A stretch of DNA of 32,000 bases from Candidatus Nanopusillus sp. (GCA_049414405.1 JBMSAQ010000022.1:33640-65639); one strand, 5' to 3'; counted from the first letter of the stretch, positions 17,768-26,464 are shown. The notes: a model not told the origin generated them from the sequence alone. Program-made: numbers and translations.

Positions 17768-18444
17768 TTTGGGGATGTTGAAATAGATTTTTATGTAATT
17801 ACTTTTAGTCCTAATGACAATGTAGAATATTCTAAGGTTGATTTTAATGAATTATACAAACTATATAAAAATAGGGATATGTCGATATATCTAAACAAAT
17901 TAAATTAGATGATATACTGGAAGGATTAAATAATTCGGATTTTGTATTTATTACTAATGTTGGTTTTGCTGTTTATAATAATAGTTTAGATAAGGAAGAT
18001 TTGGACAAAATATTATCTAAATAATAGATAAAGATATTTATATGTCAATGTTTTATACGCATTAATCCAGCATATACAGAATCATATGGTCTTTCTACTT
18101 TAGAAGCATTAATATTTGTAAAACTTTTAGCAATATATATAGATGTTAAAGGATTAAAAGAATTAAAAGAAGAGAGATATCTAAATAATCAAACAACATT
18201 TAGAACATATGAAGATCTCGTTAATCTAACTAAGAAAATTATTAAAGAAATTAAAAATGGAAAATATGATAAATATGTAAATAAAGAGGCAATAGAAATG
18301 TTAGAAAAAGAAGTAGATCTAGAAAAAGATGCAGAGAGATATTCAGAAATAATATATGAAGTAATAATATATAATGAATTGAAATTAAAATATAATAATA
18401 ATAATTTGGAAGATCAAAGTAGAGAAATTGAAGCAATTGAGTAG
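17768..18444 (+). pseudogene. Decayed GT4-type (Glycos_transf_1) glycosyltransferase
   Basis: Plus-strand pieces read FGDVEIDFYVITF..VEYSKVDFNELYKLYKNRDMSIYL (stop), then KLDDILEGLNNSDFVFITNVGFAVYNNSLDKEDLDKILSK followed by TAA TAG, then in frame ..IRINPAYTESYGLSTLEALIFVKLL...EAIE*. The E..G...lEA motif is typical of the GT4 C-terminal domain. There is no usable start codon. Confidence 0.5.
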
Positions 18445-18501
18445 TTTTTATTTTTTGGTGGTTATCTAATTCTTATAAAGATCAATATTTCTTTAATTTT
18501 T

Positions 18502-20784
18502 ATGGTATATATAAAGTGGCTTAATGAGTTATCTAAAGATGATGTAAATATTGTTGGTGGAAAAGCTGCAAATTTAGGAGAAATGACAAAAATAGGCATT
18601 CCTGTTCCTCCAGGATTTGCCATAACTGCAGAAGGATATTGGAAATTCGTAGAATACAATGGAATAAAAGGTAAAATAGAAGAAATATTGAAATCAATTG
18701 ATATAAATAATCCAACACAATTAAGGAAAGCTGCTAATCAGATACAAGAATTATTTATACAAGGAAATATACCAGATGATCTAAAGAATGAAATATTAGA
18801 AAATTATAGAAGATTATCAAGCATGTTTGGAAATGAACCAATATTTGTTGCTGTAAGATCATCAGCAACTGCAGAGGATTTACCAAACGCTTCTTTTGCA
18901 GGTCAACAAGCTACATATCTAAATGTAAAAGGAGAAGACAAATTATTGGATGCAGTTAAAAAATGTTGGGCATCTTTGTGGACGGCAAGAGCGATTAATT
19001 ACAGATCGGCTATGGGATTTGATCATAGTAAAGTAGCATTATGTGTTGTAGTACAAAAGCAAGTATTTTCAAAGAGATCCGGCGTTATGTTTACTGCAGA
19101 TCCTATTAAAAATGATTTATCAAAAATAGTAATTGAATCTTCTTGGGGATTAGGTGAAGCAATCGTTTCTGGAGCAGTAATACCAGATGAATATATTGTA
19201 GATAAGAATACATTAAATATATTAGAAGTAAAAATAAATGAGAAGAAAGTTATGACAATATACGATCCTGATTCGTTTACAAAAGAAATTGAAGTTCCAA
19301 ATGAATTAAAGAATGCTAAAGTATTATCTGATGATGAAATAAGAACTTTAGCAAATTATGGAAAAATATTAGAACAACATTATGGAAAGCCGCAGGACAT
19401 TGAATTTGCAATTGATGATACAGGTATATACATTGTACAAACAAGAAATATAACAACAATTAAGAAAGTAAAGGGAGATGAAGTAGAAGTAAAGGGTGAA
19501 AAAATATTATTAAAGGGTATTGCTGCTTCACCAGGTGTTGGTACTGGAAAAGTAAAAATAATATTATCTCCAGAAGAATTTGATAAATTTGAAGAAGGAG
19601 ATGTATTGGTTACTGTAATGACAAATCCAGACTTTGAACCATTAATGGCAAAGGCTTCTGCAATAGTTACAGATGAGGGAGGTCATTTATCACATGCTGC
19701 AATTGTTTCAAGAGAATTAGGAAAACCTGCAGTTGTTGGAACAAAAGATGCAACTAAAATATTGAAGGACGGAATGATTGTAACTGTAGATGGGACACAC
19801 GGTATTGTATATGAGGGAGAAGTAAAATTGGGAGAATTAACTAGAAAGGAAGTTGCAATAAAAGTAGTAAAGTCCACACCATTAGAAATTACAGCTACAA
19901 AAATTATGGCAATCGCCGATTATCCAGAAACAGCAAGTAAAGTAAAAGATTTAGTAGATGGAATAGGATTGTTAAGGATGGAATTCTTGATATTAAGAAA
20001 TAGAAAACATCCAAGATGGTATCTAGACAATAATAATTTAGATGAATTTACAAATATGTTGGTAGAAAGATTGGAAGAAATATTAAGGATTATGTATCCA
20101 AAGCCTGTAATAGTTAGGACATTGGATATGAGGACTGATGAATATAGAAATTTAGAAGGAGGAGAAAAAGAACCAAAAGAAGCAAATCCAATGATGGGAT
20201 GGCATGGTATTAGAAGGGATTTAGATCAGGAACAACTATTTAGAGCTCAAATAAGAGCTTTTAAAATATTAATAAAAGAAAGAGGATTTAATAATTTATG
20301 GGTAATGTTACCATTTGTAATATCGTGGGAAGAGGTATATAGAGCAAAAGAAATAATTAAAAGTGAAGGATTAGTGCCTGGAAAAGATATGAAGTTTGGA
20401 GTAATGGTAGAAACACCTGCTGCGGCATTAACAATTGAGGATATAATTAAAAATGCTGGTATAGACTTCGTATCTTTCGGAACAAACGATCTAACTCAGT
20501 TAACATTGGGAGTAGATAGAAATAATGAAATGGTACAAAAACTAATGGACGAAGGACACCCCGCAGTTGTCAAATTAATATCAAGAGTAATAAAAATATG
20601 TAAAAAATACAGAGTGTATACATCATTATGTGGACAAGCTGGTTCCAGACCGGATTATGCAGAGCTATTGGTAAAACTTGGCATAGATTCTATATCAGTA
20701 AATGTAGATGCAGTAGAATTGGTAAGGGAAACCGTAGCAAGGATGGAGAAAAAACTTTTATTAGATAAAATAAGAAAATTATAA
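18502..20784 (+). CDS. ppsA: Phosphoenolpyruvate synthase (pyruvate, water dikinase)
   Basis: 760-aa ORF with VGGKAANLGEM, the phosphohistidine loop TDEGGHLSHAAIVSRELGKPAVVG and the PEP-utilising TIM-barrel motif FVSFGTNDLTQLTLG. Confidence 0.92.
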   Translation: MVYIKWLNELSKDDVNIVGGKAANLGEMTKIGIPVPPGFAITAEGYWKFVEYNGIKGKIEEILKSIDINNPTQLRKAANQIQELFIQGNIPDDLKNEILENYRRLSSMFGNEPIFVAVRSSATAEDLPNASFAGQQATYLNVKGEDKLLDAVKKCWASLWTARAINYRSAMGFDHSKVALCVVVQKQVFSKRSGVMFTADPIKNDLSKIVIESSWGLGEAIVSGAVIPDEYIVDKNTLNILEVKINEKKVMTIYDPDSFTKEIEVPNELKNAKVLSDDEIRTLANYGKILEQHYGKPQDIEFAIDDTGIYIVQTRNITTIKKVKGDEVEVKGEKILLKGIAASPGVGTGKVKIILSPEEFDKFEEGDVLVTVMTNPDFEPLMAKASAIVTDEGGHLSHAAIVSRELGKPAVVGTKDATKILKDGMIVTVDGTHGIVYEGEVKLGELTRKEVAIKVVKSTPLEITATKIMAIADYPETASKVKDLVDGIGLLRMEFLILRNRKHPRWYLDNNNLDEFTNMLVERLEEILRIMYPKPVIVRTLDMRTDEYRNLEGGEKEPKEANPMMGWHGIRRDLDQEQLFRAQIRAFKILIKERGFNNLWVMLPFVISWEEVYRAKEIIKSEGLVPGKDMKFGVMVETPAAALTIEDIIKNAGIDFVSFGTNDLTQLTLGVDRNNEMVQKLMDEGHPAVVKLISRVIKICKKYRVYTSLCGQAGSRPDYAELLVKLGIDSISVNVDAVELVRETVARMEKKLLLDKIRKL

Positions 20785-21576
20785 ATGAATAAAAAGGATA
20801 TATTATATATATCTTTAATAACTATTTTTTCCATATTTTTCATATTTTTACCAATAAATATCAACATATTTGTTAAAATTGGAATAATTATATTATTATA
20901 TTTAATTTATTCATTAAGATATCTTCAAGAATATTTAGAATATGAAGAGATGGTAAACAATTTTCCATTATTTTTAAGAGATTTATCCCATTATTTAAAA
21001 ATAGGACAGCCGTTACCAATTGCTCTAAAAAGTGTGTCAAATAATTATTATGGAAAAAGATTGAATAGAGAAATTAAATATATAATTTCTGAGATGGAGT
21101 ATGGAAAAACTTTCAATGATGCGTTAAATGATTCTGCAAAGAGGATAAATAATTTAGAAATATCTGAAGTTTTATTAAATATAAATAATGTTTTAAAAAG
21201 TGGTGGGGATTTAAGTAATTTATTAGACACATTATCAGAAAGCATAAGAAATTTAGAAATGATTAAAAAGGAGAGATTGTCTCAATTAAAACTTACAACA
21301 TATACATATTACGGATTATATCTTGGAGTTCTATTATCAATTATTGCGGTATACTATTTAATAGTTAATATAAAATCATTGGGTCTTTCATTTAATAAAG
21401 ATGCATATTATGAATTAATAAATGTGTATAAATTTCTATCTTTTTTATTATTATTAATTAATGCAATTTTTACAGGTTTAGTTATTGGAAAACTTGCAAA
21501 AGGAACTATAAGAGCTGGTATAATTCATAGTATAGTTTTGACAACTATATCTGTAGGCTTTTTCTTTTTATTATAA
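20785..21576 (+). CDS. T2SS-F domain membrane protein (TadC/FlaJ-like pilus assembly platform, single domain)
   Basis: 263-aa ORF with N- and C-terminal TM helices flanking a T2SSF-like cytoplasmic domain (FPLFLRDLSHYLKIGQPLPIALK...EMEYGKTFNDAL...SGGDLSNLLDTLSESIR). The ATG directly follows the ppsA stop codon. Confidence 0.55.
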   Translation: MNKKDILYISLITIFSIFFIFLPININIFVKIGIIILLYLIYSLRYLQEYLEYEEMVNNFPLFLRDLSHYLKIGQPLPIALKSVSNNYYGKRLNREIKYIISEMEYGKTFNDALNDSAKRINNLEISEVLLNINNVLKSGGDLSNLLDTLSESIRNLEMIKKERLSQLKLTTYTYYGLYLGVLLSIIAVYYLIVNIKSLGLSFNKDAYYELINVYKFLSFLLLLINAIFTGLVIGKLAKGTIRAGIIHSIVLTTISVGFFFLL

Positions 21577-21607
21577 TTTTAAAATTTTTTTATTATAAGA
21601 AAATATA

Positions 21608-21733
21608 ATGGTATTCAAGAACTATAACATTAAAATAAGAAAAATTAAGGAATCGAGAAAATTTATGAGGCCACCCTTTTGGGCAGCAATTAAAAAATTT
21701 GGTAGAATAGTCTCACTTTATAGATTAAAATGA
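21608..21733 (+). CDS. Small basic protein, L39e-like (not in ORF track, 41 aa)
   Basis: My translation is MVFKNYNIKIRKIKESRKFMRPPFWAAIKKFGRIVSLYRLK*. It follows the L39e pattern K.R.aK..k.n..iP.W....Kt.GRv but lacks the C-terminal RR.WRR tail. Its stop abuts the stop of the convergent taw1 gene. Confidence 0.4.
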   Translation: MVFKNYNIKIRKIKESRKFMRPPFWAAIKKFGRIVSLYRLK

Positions 21734-22762
21734 TTATACATTTGGTTCTACACTTTTTATTATAAGATCTATATCCATTCCTGGTCTTTTATTTTTTATT
21801 AATACAACTCTTGAATCAACATCTTCATCAAATATCTCATAACCAGGTAATTTTTCTACTAATCCTTTTGCAAAATTTCTTATATCTTCCATGCTTGGAA
21901 CATTTTTATATTCTAACTTCAACCTTGAATATCCTAAAAATGAATAAGATTTTACTTCTATAAAGTGGGGATTATATATTTCAATTAATTTAGCCCATTC
22001 GTCAAAATATTTTAGATCATCATTTACTCCTTTAATTAGTGTTATTCTTGCAACTCTTCTTGTTTTCATTTTTGATGCAATTTCTAATGATTTTAGAAAT
22101 CTTTCCCAATAATCCTTATATAAAGGTACAGATATTTTTTTGTACATTTCTTTATTTGGAGCTGTAAATGATATATACAATTGGGTTGGTAATGCATTTT
22201 TTTCAATTAATCTTTCCAATGCTTCTGGAACCTGTCCGGAAGTTACTATAAATATTGATTTTATCCATGGCCAATTTTTCTTAATGTATAATATACTCTC
22301 TGCGACATATGGGTATAACAATGGTTCTCCGGATAGCGAGAATGTAACATGGGTTGGCTTATCAATAAACTTATCCAATAATTCTTTATTTGCCTTTGGG
22401 TTGCCATAATATCCAATTAACAGTTTCCTTCTTAATTCTCTAAGTTTTTCCATTACTTCTTCTGGCCTATCCACTTTGTTTTTTGGTAGTATATCATGAT
22501 AGGATTCAAATTTTGCGTTTGGTCTCCAGCAAAATATACATCTATTTGTACACCAAACTACTGATTGAGTCATTTCCATACATCCTGCAGTGTCTATTCC
22601 ATAGAATTTATTTTTGTAACATACTCTTTTATTTACAATTGATTCTTTTGTCCAATGGCAAATTTCAACAGCAGAATGATTATAAATTCCATATCCAGCT
22701 TTCTCTAATTGTTTTGAAGTCTTTAGATTATGTACTTTCCATTTTTCATCATTTTTGATCAT
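21734..22762 (-). CDS. taw1: tRNA 4-demethylwyosine synthase (radical SAM, Tyw1/Taw1)
   Basis: 342-aa ORF with HSAVEICHWTKESI...CYKNKFYGIDTAGCMEMTQSVVWCTNRCIFCWR, which carries the Tyw1-type auxiliary Cys residues plus the radical-SAM CxxxCxxC-like cluster. Confidence 0.8.
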   Translation of the reverse strand: MIKNDEKWKVHNLKTSKQLEKAGYGIYNHSAVEICHWTKESIVNKRVCYKNKFYGIDTAGCMEMTQSVVWCTNRCIFCWRPNAKFESYHDILPKNKVDRPEEVMEKLRELRRKLLIGYYGNPKANKELLDKFIDKPTHVTFSLSGEPLLYPYVAESILYIKKNWPWIKSIFIVTSGQVPEALERLIEKNALPTQLYISFTAPNKEMYKKISVPLYKDYWERFLKSLEIASKMKTRRVARITLIKGVNDDLKYFDEWAKLIEIYNPHFIEVKSYSFLGYSRLKLEYKNVPSMEDIRNFAKGLVEKLPGYEIFDEDVDSRVVLIKNKRPGMDIDLIIKSVEPNV

Positions 22763-22798
22763 ATGAATAATATATTATATAACATAGTTATAAATATA

Positions 22799-22847
22799 TC
22801 AGTGAACTTGGCATTCATCATTCATCAGCTGAGAAGGCTTTCTTCAC
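22799..22847 (-). ncRNA. Candidate C/D box sRNA overlapping the 3' end of the upstream CDS
   Basis: The minus strand reads GTGAAGA(C)-aagccttctcag(12)-CTGA(D')-tga-ATGATGA(C')-atgccaagttca(12)-CTGA(D). This is the same 7-12-4-3-7-12-4 layout as the 4602-4650 candidate. The D' box contains the CDS stop codon. Confidence 0.55.
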
Positions 22848-23232
22848 CCAAGTAATTGTATATTTTAAAGGATTTTATTTCATAATTTTTAAAATATTTC
22901 TTAATCAATTCTTCAAATTTTTCTTTATTTAGGTTTTCTCCACTACACCATGCAGCATCTATATCTATATAAATTCCGTCCTCTTCGGTATAGCTACTTA
23001 TTACTATATGAGATGTTGTTAAAATTCCAATAAATGTTATATCTTTATTTCCTTCAAAATCTGCCGGAAATAAATAAATTTTATGATATAATAATTTACT
23101 ATTTAAAATTTTTGCAAGATCATTAGAAAATTCTTTAATAACATCAATAAAATTTTCATTTTTACTTATCTTTACTATTGTTAGCAACCTCTTCACATCC
23201 CTAACAGATATTTTTTTATATTCTCCATTCAT
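22825..23232 (-). CDS. S-adenosylmethionine decarboxylase-like (SpeH/PF02675-like) protein, divergent
   Basis: 135-aa ORF. FIGILTTSHIVISSYTEEDGIYIDIDAAWCSGE aligns with the SpeH core [29 protein letters not shown]. Ser and Cys are retained. The Glu before the Ser is Thr here, and the processing His is Ser. Confidence 0.4.
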   Translation of the reverse strand: MNGEYKKISVRDVKRLLTIVKISKNENFIDVIKEFSNDLAKILNSKLLYHKIYLFPADFEGNKDITFIGILTTSHIVISSYTEEDGIYIDIDAAWCSGENLNKEKFEELIKKYFKNYEIKSFKIYNYLGEESLLS

Positions 23233-23281
23233 TTATGGATAAATCTATATATTTTTATCTTTAAAAATTTATATTTAGGAA

Positions 23282-23354
23282 AGCCCCGTCGTCTAGTGGC
23301 CTAGGATGCAGGGCTCTGGTCCCTGAGACCGGGGTTCGAATCCCCGCGGGGCTA
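23282..23354 (+). tRNA. tRNA-Gln (anticodon CUG)
   Basis: AGCCCCG-TC-GTCT-AGTGGCCTA-GGAT-G-CAGGG-CTCTGGT-CCCTG-AGAC-CGGGG-TTCGAAT-CCCCG-CGGGGCT-A. It has an A1:U72 pair, is 73 nt, is contiguous (not split) and has no CCA. Confidence 0.9.
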
Positions 23355-23386
23355 TTCTTATAAAAATAACTATTTAGTGATCTTTA

Positions 23387-24220
23387 ATGTCTAATAATCT
23401 TGAATCAATAATAAGAGAGGCTAAATATATAATAGATAATGCTGATAAATTACAAAATCCTATGGAATATTTTTCTATACTTTCAGAATTTCCGCGTATA
23501 CTTTCCCAATTTGGTGCAAGCTTTTATGAAGGAATAGAGAGGAAAAGAATACCTTTTGAAGTAATAGAAGGACATATGGATCTAGATAGTATAATTATCA
23601 ATGGATGTTCAACGATTGGAAATATAAAAATAGCAAGAATATTGGGTTATGAAAAAAAAGATGTAAGTAATGTAATTGATATAGTATGCGTAGATCAACA
23701 AAGAACTATAGAACAAAAAGATAGCATAATAAGATATTTAGAAGTGAGAAAATATGAATATTCATTTTTACAAAACAATGTTTATGGATTTAAATTAAAT
23801 CTAAATAGAAAAGAAGTAAAAATTCCTAATTTATATGGAATATACTATTATATAGAAGTAAAATTACCAAATAATACAGTATTATATATAATGATTGATA
23901 CAGTAGGAAATATAACTATTAAAAAAAGTGGTTTAAATTATACACTATATTTTGACAATTTTGGATTATTTTCTATAATTTATAAATTTTTTAGATATAA
24001 AAGTAGAGATAAAAAAGATTTAAGAGAATATGAAAAATATAGAGATAGAATTAAAGAAATAATAAATAAAGGATTTAGCGATAGAGATATTAGTAATTTA
24101 AGAAGACTGTTCAGTAGAGAAGATATTGATAAGATAAGAAAAAACTTAGATAAATATATTGAAGAATATCCAGATTCAGTATATAAGAGTTTATATAAGG
24201 TTATTGAATATATCTTCTAA
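23387..24220 (+). CDS. Hypothetical protein
   Basis: 277-aa ORF with no motif I recognise. Its 3' end overlaps the convergent gene by 20 nt. Confidence 0.45.
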   Translation: MSNNLESIIREAKYIIDNADKLQNPMEYFSILSEFPRILSQFGASFYEGIERKRIPFEVIEGHMDLDSIIINGCSTIGNIKIARILGYEKKDVSNVIDIVCVDQQRTIEQKDSIIRYLEVRKYEYSFLQNNVYGFKLNLNRKEVKIPNLYGIYYYIEVKLPNNTVLYIMIDTVGNITIKKSGLNYTLYFDNFGLFSIIYKFFRYKSRDKKDLREYEKYRDRIKEIINKGFSDRDISNLRRLFSREDIDKIRKNLDKYIEEYPDSVYKSLYKVIEYIF

Positions 24221-24962
24221 TAAATTTTTTGGGCGAATTAATTATTATAGACTTTTCTAGTGGTATATTTAAATAAATAGAGTCTAACAAAATCTTTATT
24301 AATATATTTATCCTATCTGGAACATTTTTTATAGATCTATATAATTCTATTCTCTTATGTGGTAAATCAATATTTCTATATAAATATTTGGTTGCATATT
24401 GCCAATTTAGATCAACATCAACAATTCCTCCAAGAATAAACAGATCATATCTCTCTAAATCTTTATCATTAAGTACATCATCTCCGTAAGGGTCCAATAT
24501 TACTGCTTTATACTTATAGAAATCAAAATCTTCTTGTTTTTTATATATATTTACAAGATTATTACTTAAAAAGGAATAATCAATATCTCCAATTAATATT
24601 AAATTACTATCAAATAAATATTCTCTTATGACTTTTAATGATTGAGAAATTTGTGTTTTTAAACTAATTTTTCCTTTATTCGGTAATAAATTGTATAATG
24701 AGTTATCTATCAGAAACTTTTTTTCATTTTGAATATTGTTTAATATTTTTTCTTTTGGTACATCCACTTCCTCTTCTGCATCTTTATTATGTTTTACTTC
24801 AATAAAGTTCTTGTATATTATTTCTCCATCATCTTTATATAATCTTTTCTTATTTAATAAATATTTTACAATGCAATCTTGTCCGACATATTTTTTGCTT
24901 TTATCATAGTTTTTTACAGTTATATAATTAACATATTTTGAAGTGATCTTTTCTAATATCAT
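24201..24962 (-). CDS. SPOUT-like (Trm10-like) putative tRNA methyltransferase
   Basis: 253-aa ORF. The C-terminal half AVILDPYGDDVLNDKDLERYDLFILGGIVDV...HKRIELYRSIKNVPDRINILIKILL resembles the SPOUT/Trm10 pattern (L.pd....L....d...yiiGGiVD ... vn.v.eIll). The assignment is tentative. Confidence 0.35.
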   Translation of the reverse strand: MILEKITSKYVNYITVKNYDKSKKYVGQDCIVKYLLNKKRLYKDDGEIIYKNFIEVKHNKDAEEEVDVPKEKILNNIQNEKKFLIDNSLYNLLPNKGKISLKTQISQSLKVIREYLFDSNLILIGDIDYSFLSNNLVNIYKKQEDFDFYKYKAVILDPYGDDVLNDKDLERYDLFILGGIVDVDLNWQYATKYLYRNIDLPHKRIELYRSIKNVPDRINILIKILLDSIYLNIPLEKSIIINSPKKFIRRYIQ

Positions 24963-24989
24963 AAAAAAATATTTTCTAAAAATATTTTA

Positions 24990-25061
24990 AGGCCCGTAGT
25001 CTAGTGGTATGATGCCGGACTCACTATCCGGAGGTCCCGGGTTCAAATCCCGGCGGGCCTA
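24990..25061 (+). tRNA. tRNA-Val (anticodon CAC), unusual anticodon loop
   Basis: AGGCCCG-TA-GTCT-AGTGGTA-TGAT-G-CCGGA-CTCACTA-TCCGG-AGGTC-CCGGG-TTCAAAT-CCCGG-CGGGCCT-A. It is 72 nt with an A1:U72 pair and no CCA. Position 37 reads U. Confidence 0.8.
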
Positions 25062-25263
25062 TATAACAATATTATCTTAAAGATGGAATGATTTGTAGAG
25101 TTTGAATATATAATGTTAATATATTAGAAATTTATAAACGAGATAAATAGTTACATTAAATTTTTATTAACTCGGTATTAAGTCATCAATTTTTCTACAA
25201 TTGATGGATTATTGCATATTTGATTTTTATCGATTTTTAAATTTTATTATATAACATCATTAT

Positions 25264-25590
25264 ATGACACTGAGATGTGAACTATTTGTAAAAGAGATGC
25301 TTCCGTCAATTAGAAGAGAGCTATCAAAAATATTGTATGATAATTACAAGATGTCCCAGGAAGAAATTGCGGATAAATTATCAATAACACAATCTGCAGT
25401 TTCTCAGTATTTAAAGGGTATAAGAGGTAAATATTATTTCGAATTTGATCAAGAAGATAAAATTATATTAATTAGGATGGCTGAATTGTTAAAAGAAGAT
25501 AAAAATATTAAATTGCCAGATCTACAATCTATGTTATGTCAATTATGTGAAAAAAGATATAAATACGTAAAATGTTATATTAAAATATGA
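25264..25590 (+). CDS. HTH transcriptional regulator (COG2522-like)
   Basis: 108-aa ORF. MSQEEIADKLSITQSAVSQYLKGIRG is the helix-turn-helix signature of this small archaeal regulator family. Its stop overlaps the next start (ATGA). Confidence 0.6.
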   Translation: MTLRCELFVKEMLPSIRRELSKILYDNYKMSQEEIADKLSITQSAVSQYLKGIRGKYYFEFDQEDKIILIRMAELLKEDKNIKLPDLQSMLCQLCEKRYKYVKCYIKI

Positions 25591-26462
25591 GTATATTTGA
25601 TGCGAAATCTGTTGCAATTGTAGGAGCAAGTAATAAAGAAGGAAAGGTTGGAAATATAATATTAAAGAATTTTGTTAAAAGATTTCCTGGAAAAATATAT
25701 CCGATAAATCCAAATTATGATAATTTATACAATTTAAAATGTTACAAAAATATTCTTGAAATAGATGATAACATAGATGCGGTTGTAATAGCAATACCTG
25801 CAGAGGGTGTTCCTGAAGTTATAAAACAAGCTGGAGAAAAAGGTGCAAAATTGGCAATAATAGTTTCTGCTGGATTTTCCGAAGTTGGAAGAAAAAATCT
25901 TGAAGAAAAAATATTAGAATATTCGAAAAAATATGGAATAAGAGTATTGGGACCAAATGGTATGGGTTTATATGATCCATACAATGGTATAGATACATTT
26001 TTTGTTGATGATAAAAGGTTAATAAGACCAAAGAAAGGAAAAATTGTTTTATTATCCCAATCAGGTGCAATTGCCCTGGCGGTTATGGAATGGTTATCAA
26101 GTAAAAATGTTGGCGTATCGAAGATAATTTCTTATGGAAATAAAATTGATTTAGATGAAATTGAAATATTAAAAGAATTAAAAGATGATCAAAATTCTAA
26201 GGCAATATTTATATATATGGAAGGATTAAGAGAAGAGAGGGGTAAAGAATTTTTAGAAGTTGCTAGTCAATTAAATAAACCAGTAATAGTATTAAAATCC
26301 GGAAAGACAAAGAGAGGCTCTGTTGCAGTTTCATCACATACAGCTTCTATGGCAGGAGATTATGAAGTATACAAAAATTTATTTAAACAATATAATATAA
26401 TTGAAGCAAAAAGTATGGGGGATTTTATGATTTATTTAAAAACTCTAGCATTTTATTTATAA
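25587..26462 (+). CDS. ADP-forming acetyl-CoA synthetase alpha-type subunit, N-terminal piece (CoA-binding + CoA-ligase domains)
   Basis: 291-aa ORF with SVAIVGASNKEGKVGN (CoA-binding Rossmann fold), GPNGMGL and the phosphohistidine loop AVSSHTASMAGDYEVY. It ends at TAA just where the family normally continues. Confidence 0.75.
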   Translation: MSIFDAKSVAIVGASNKEGKVGNIILKNFVKRFPGKIYPINPNYDNLYNLKCYKNILEIDDNIDAVVIAIPAEGVPEVIKQAGEKGAKLAIIVSAGFSEVGRKNLEEKILEYSKKYGIRVLGPNGMGLYDPYNGIDTFFVDDKRLIRPKKGKIVLLSQSGAIALAVMEWLSSKNVGVSKIISYGNKIDLDEIEILKELKDDQNSKAIFIYMEGLREERGKEFLEVASQLNKPVIVLKSGKTKRGSVAVSSHTASMAGDYEVYKNLFKQYNIIEAKSMGDFMIYLKTLAFYL

Positions 26463-26464
26463 TA

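Noticed and set aside
18251-18659. Minus-strand ORFs 18251-18436 and 18462-18659
   Set aside because: The first is antisense to the GT4 pseudogene tail. The second is antisense to the ppsA start and promoter. Both have junk-like composition.
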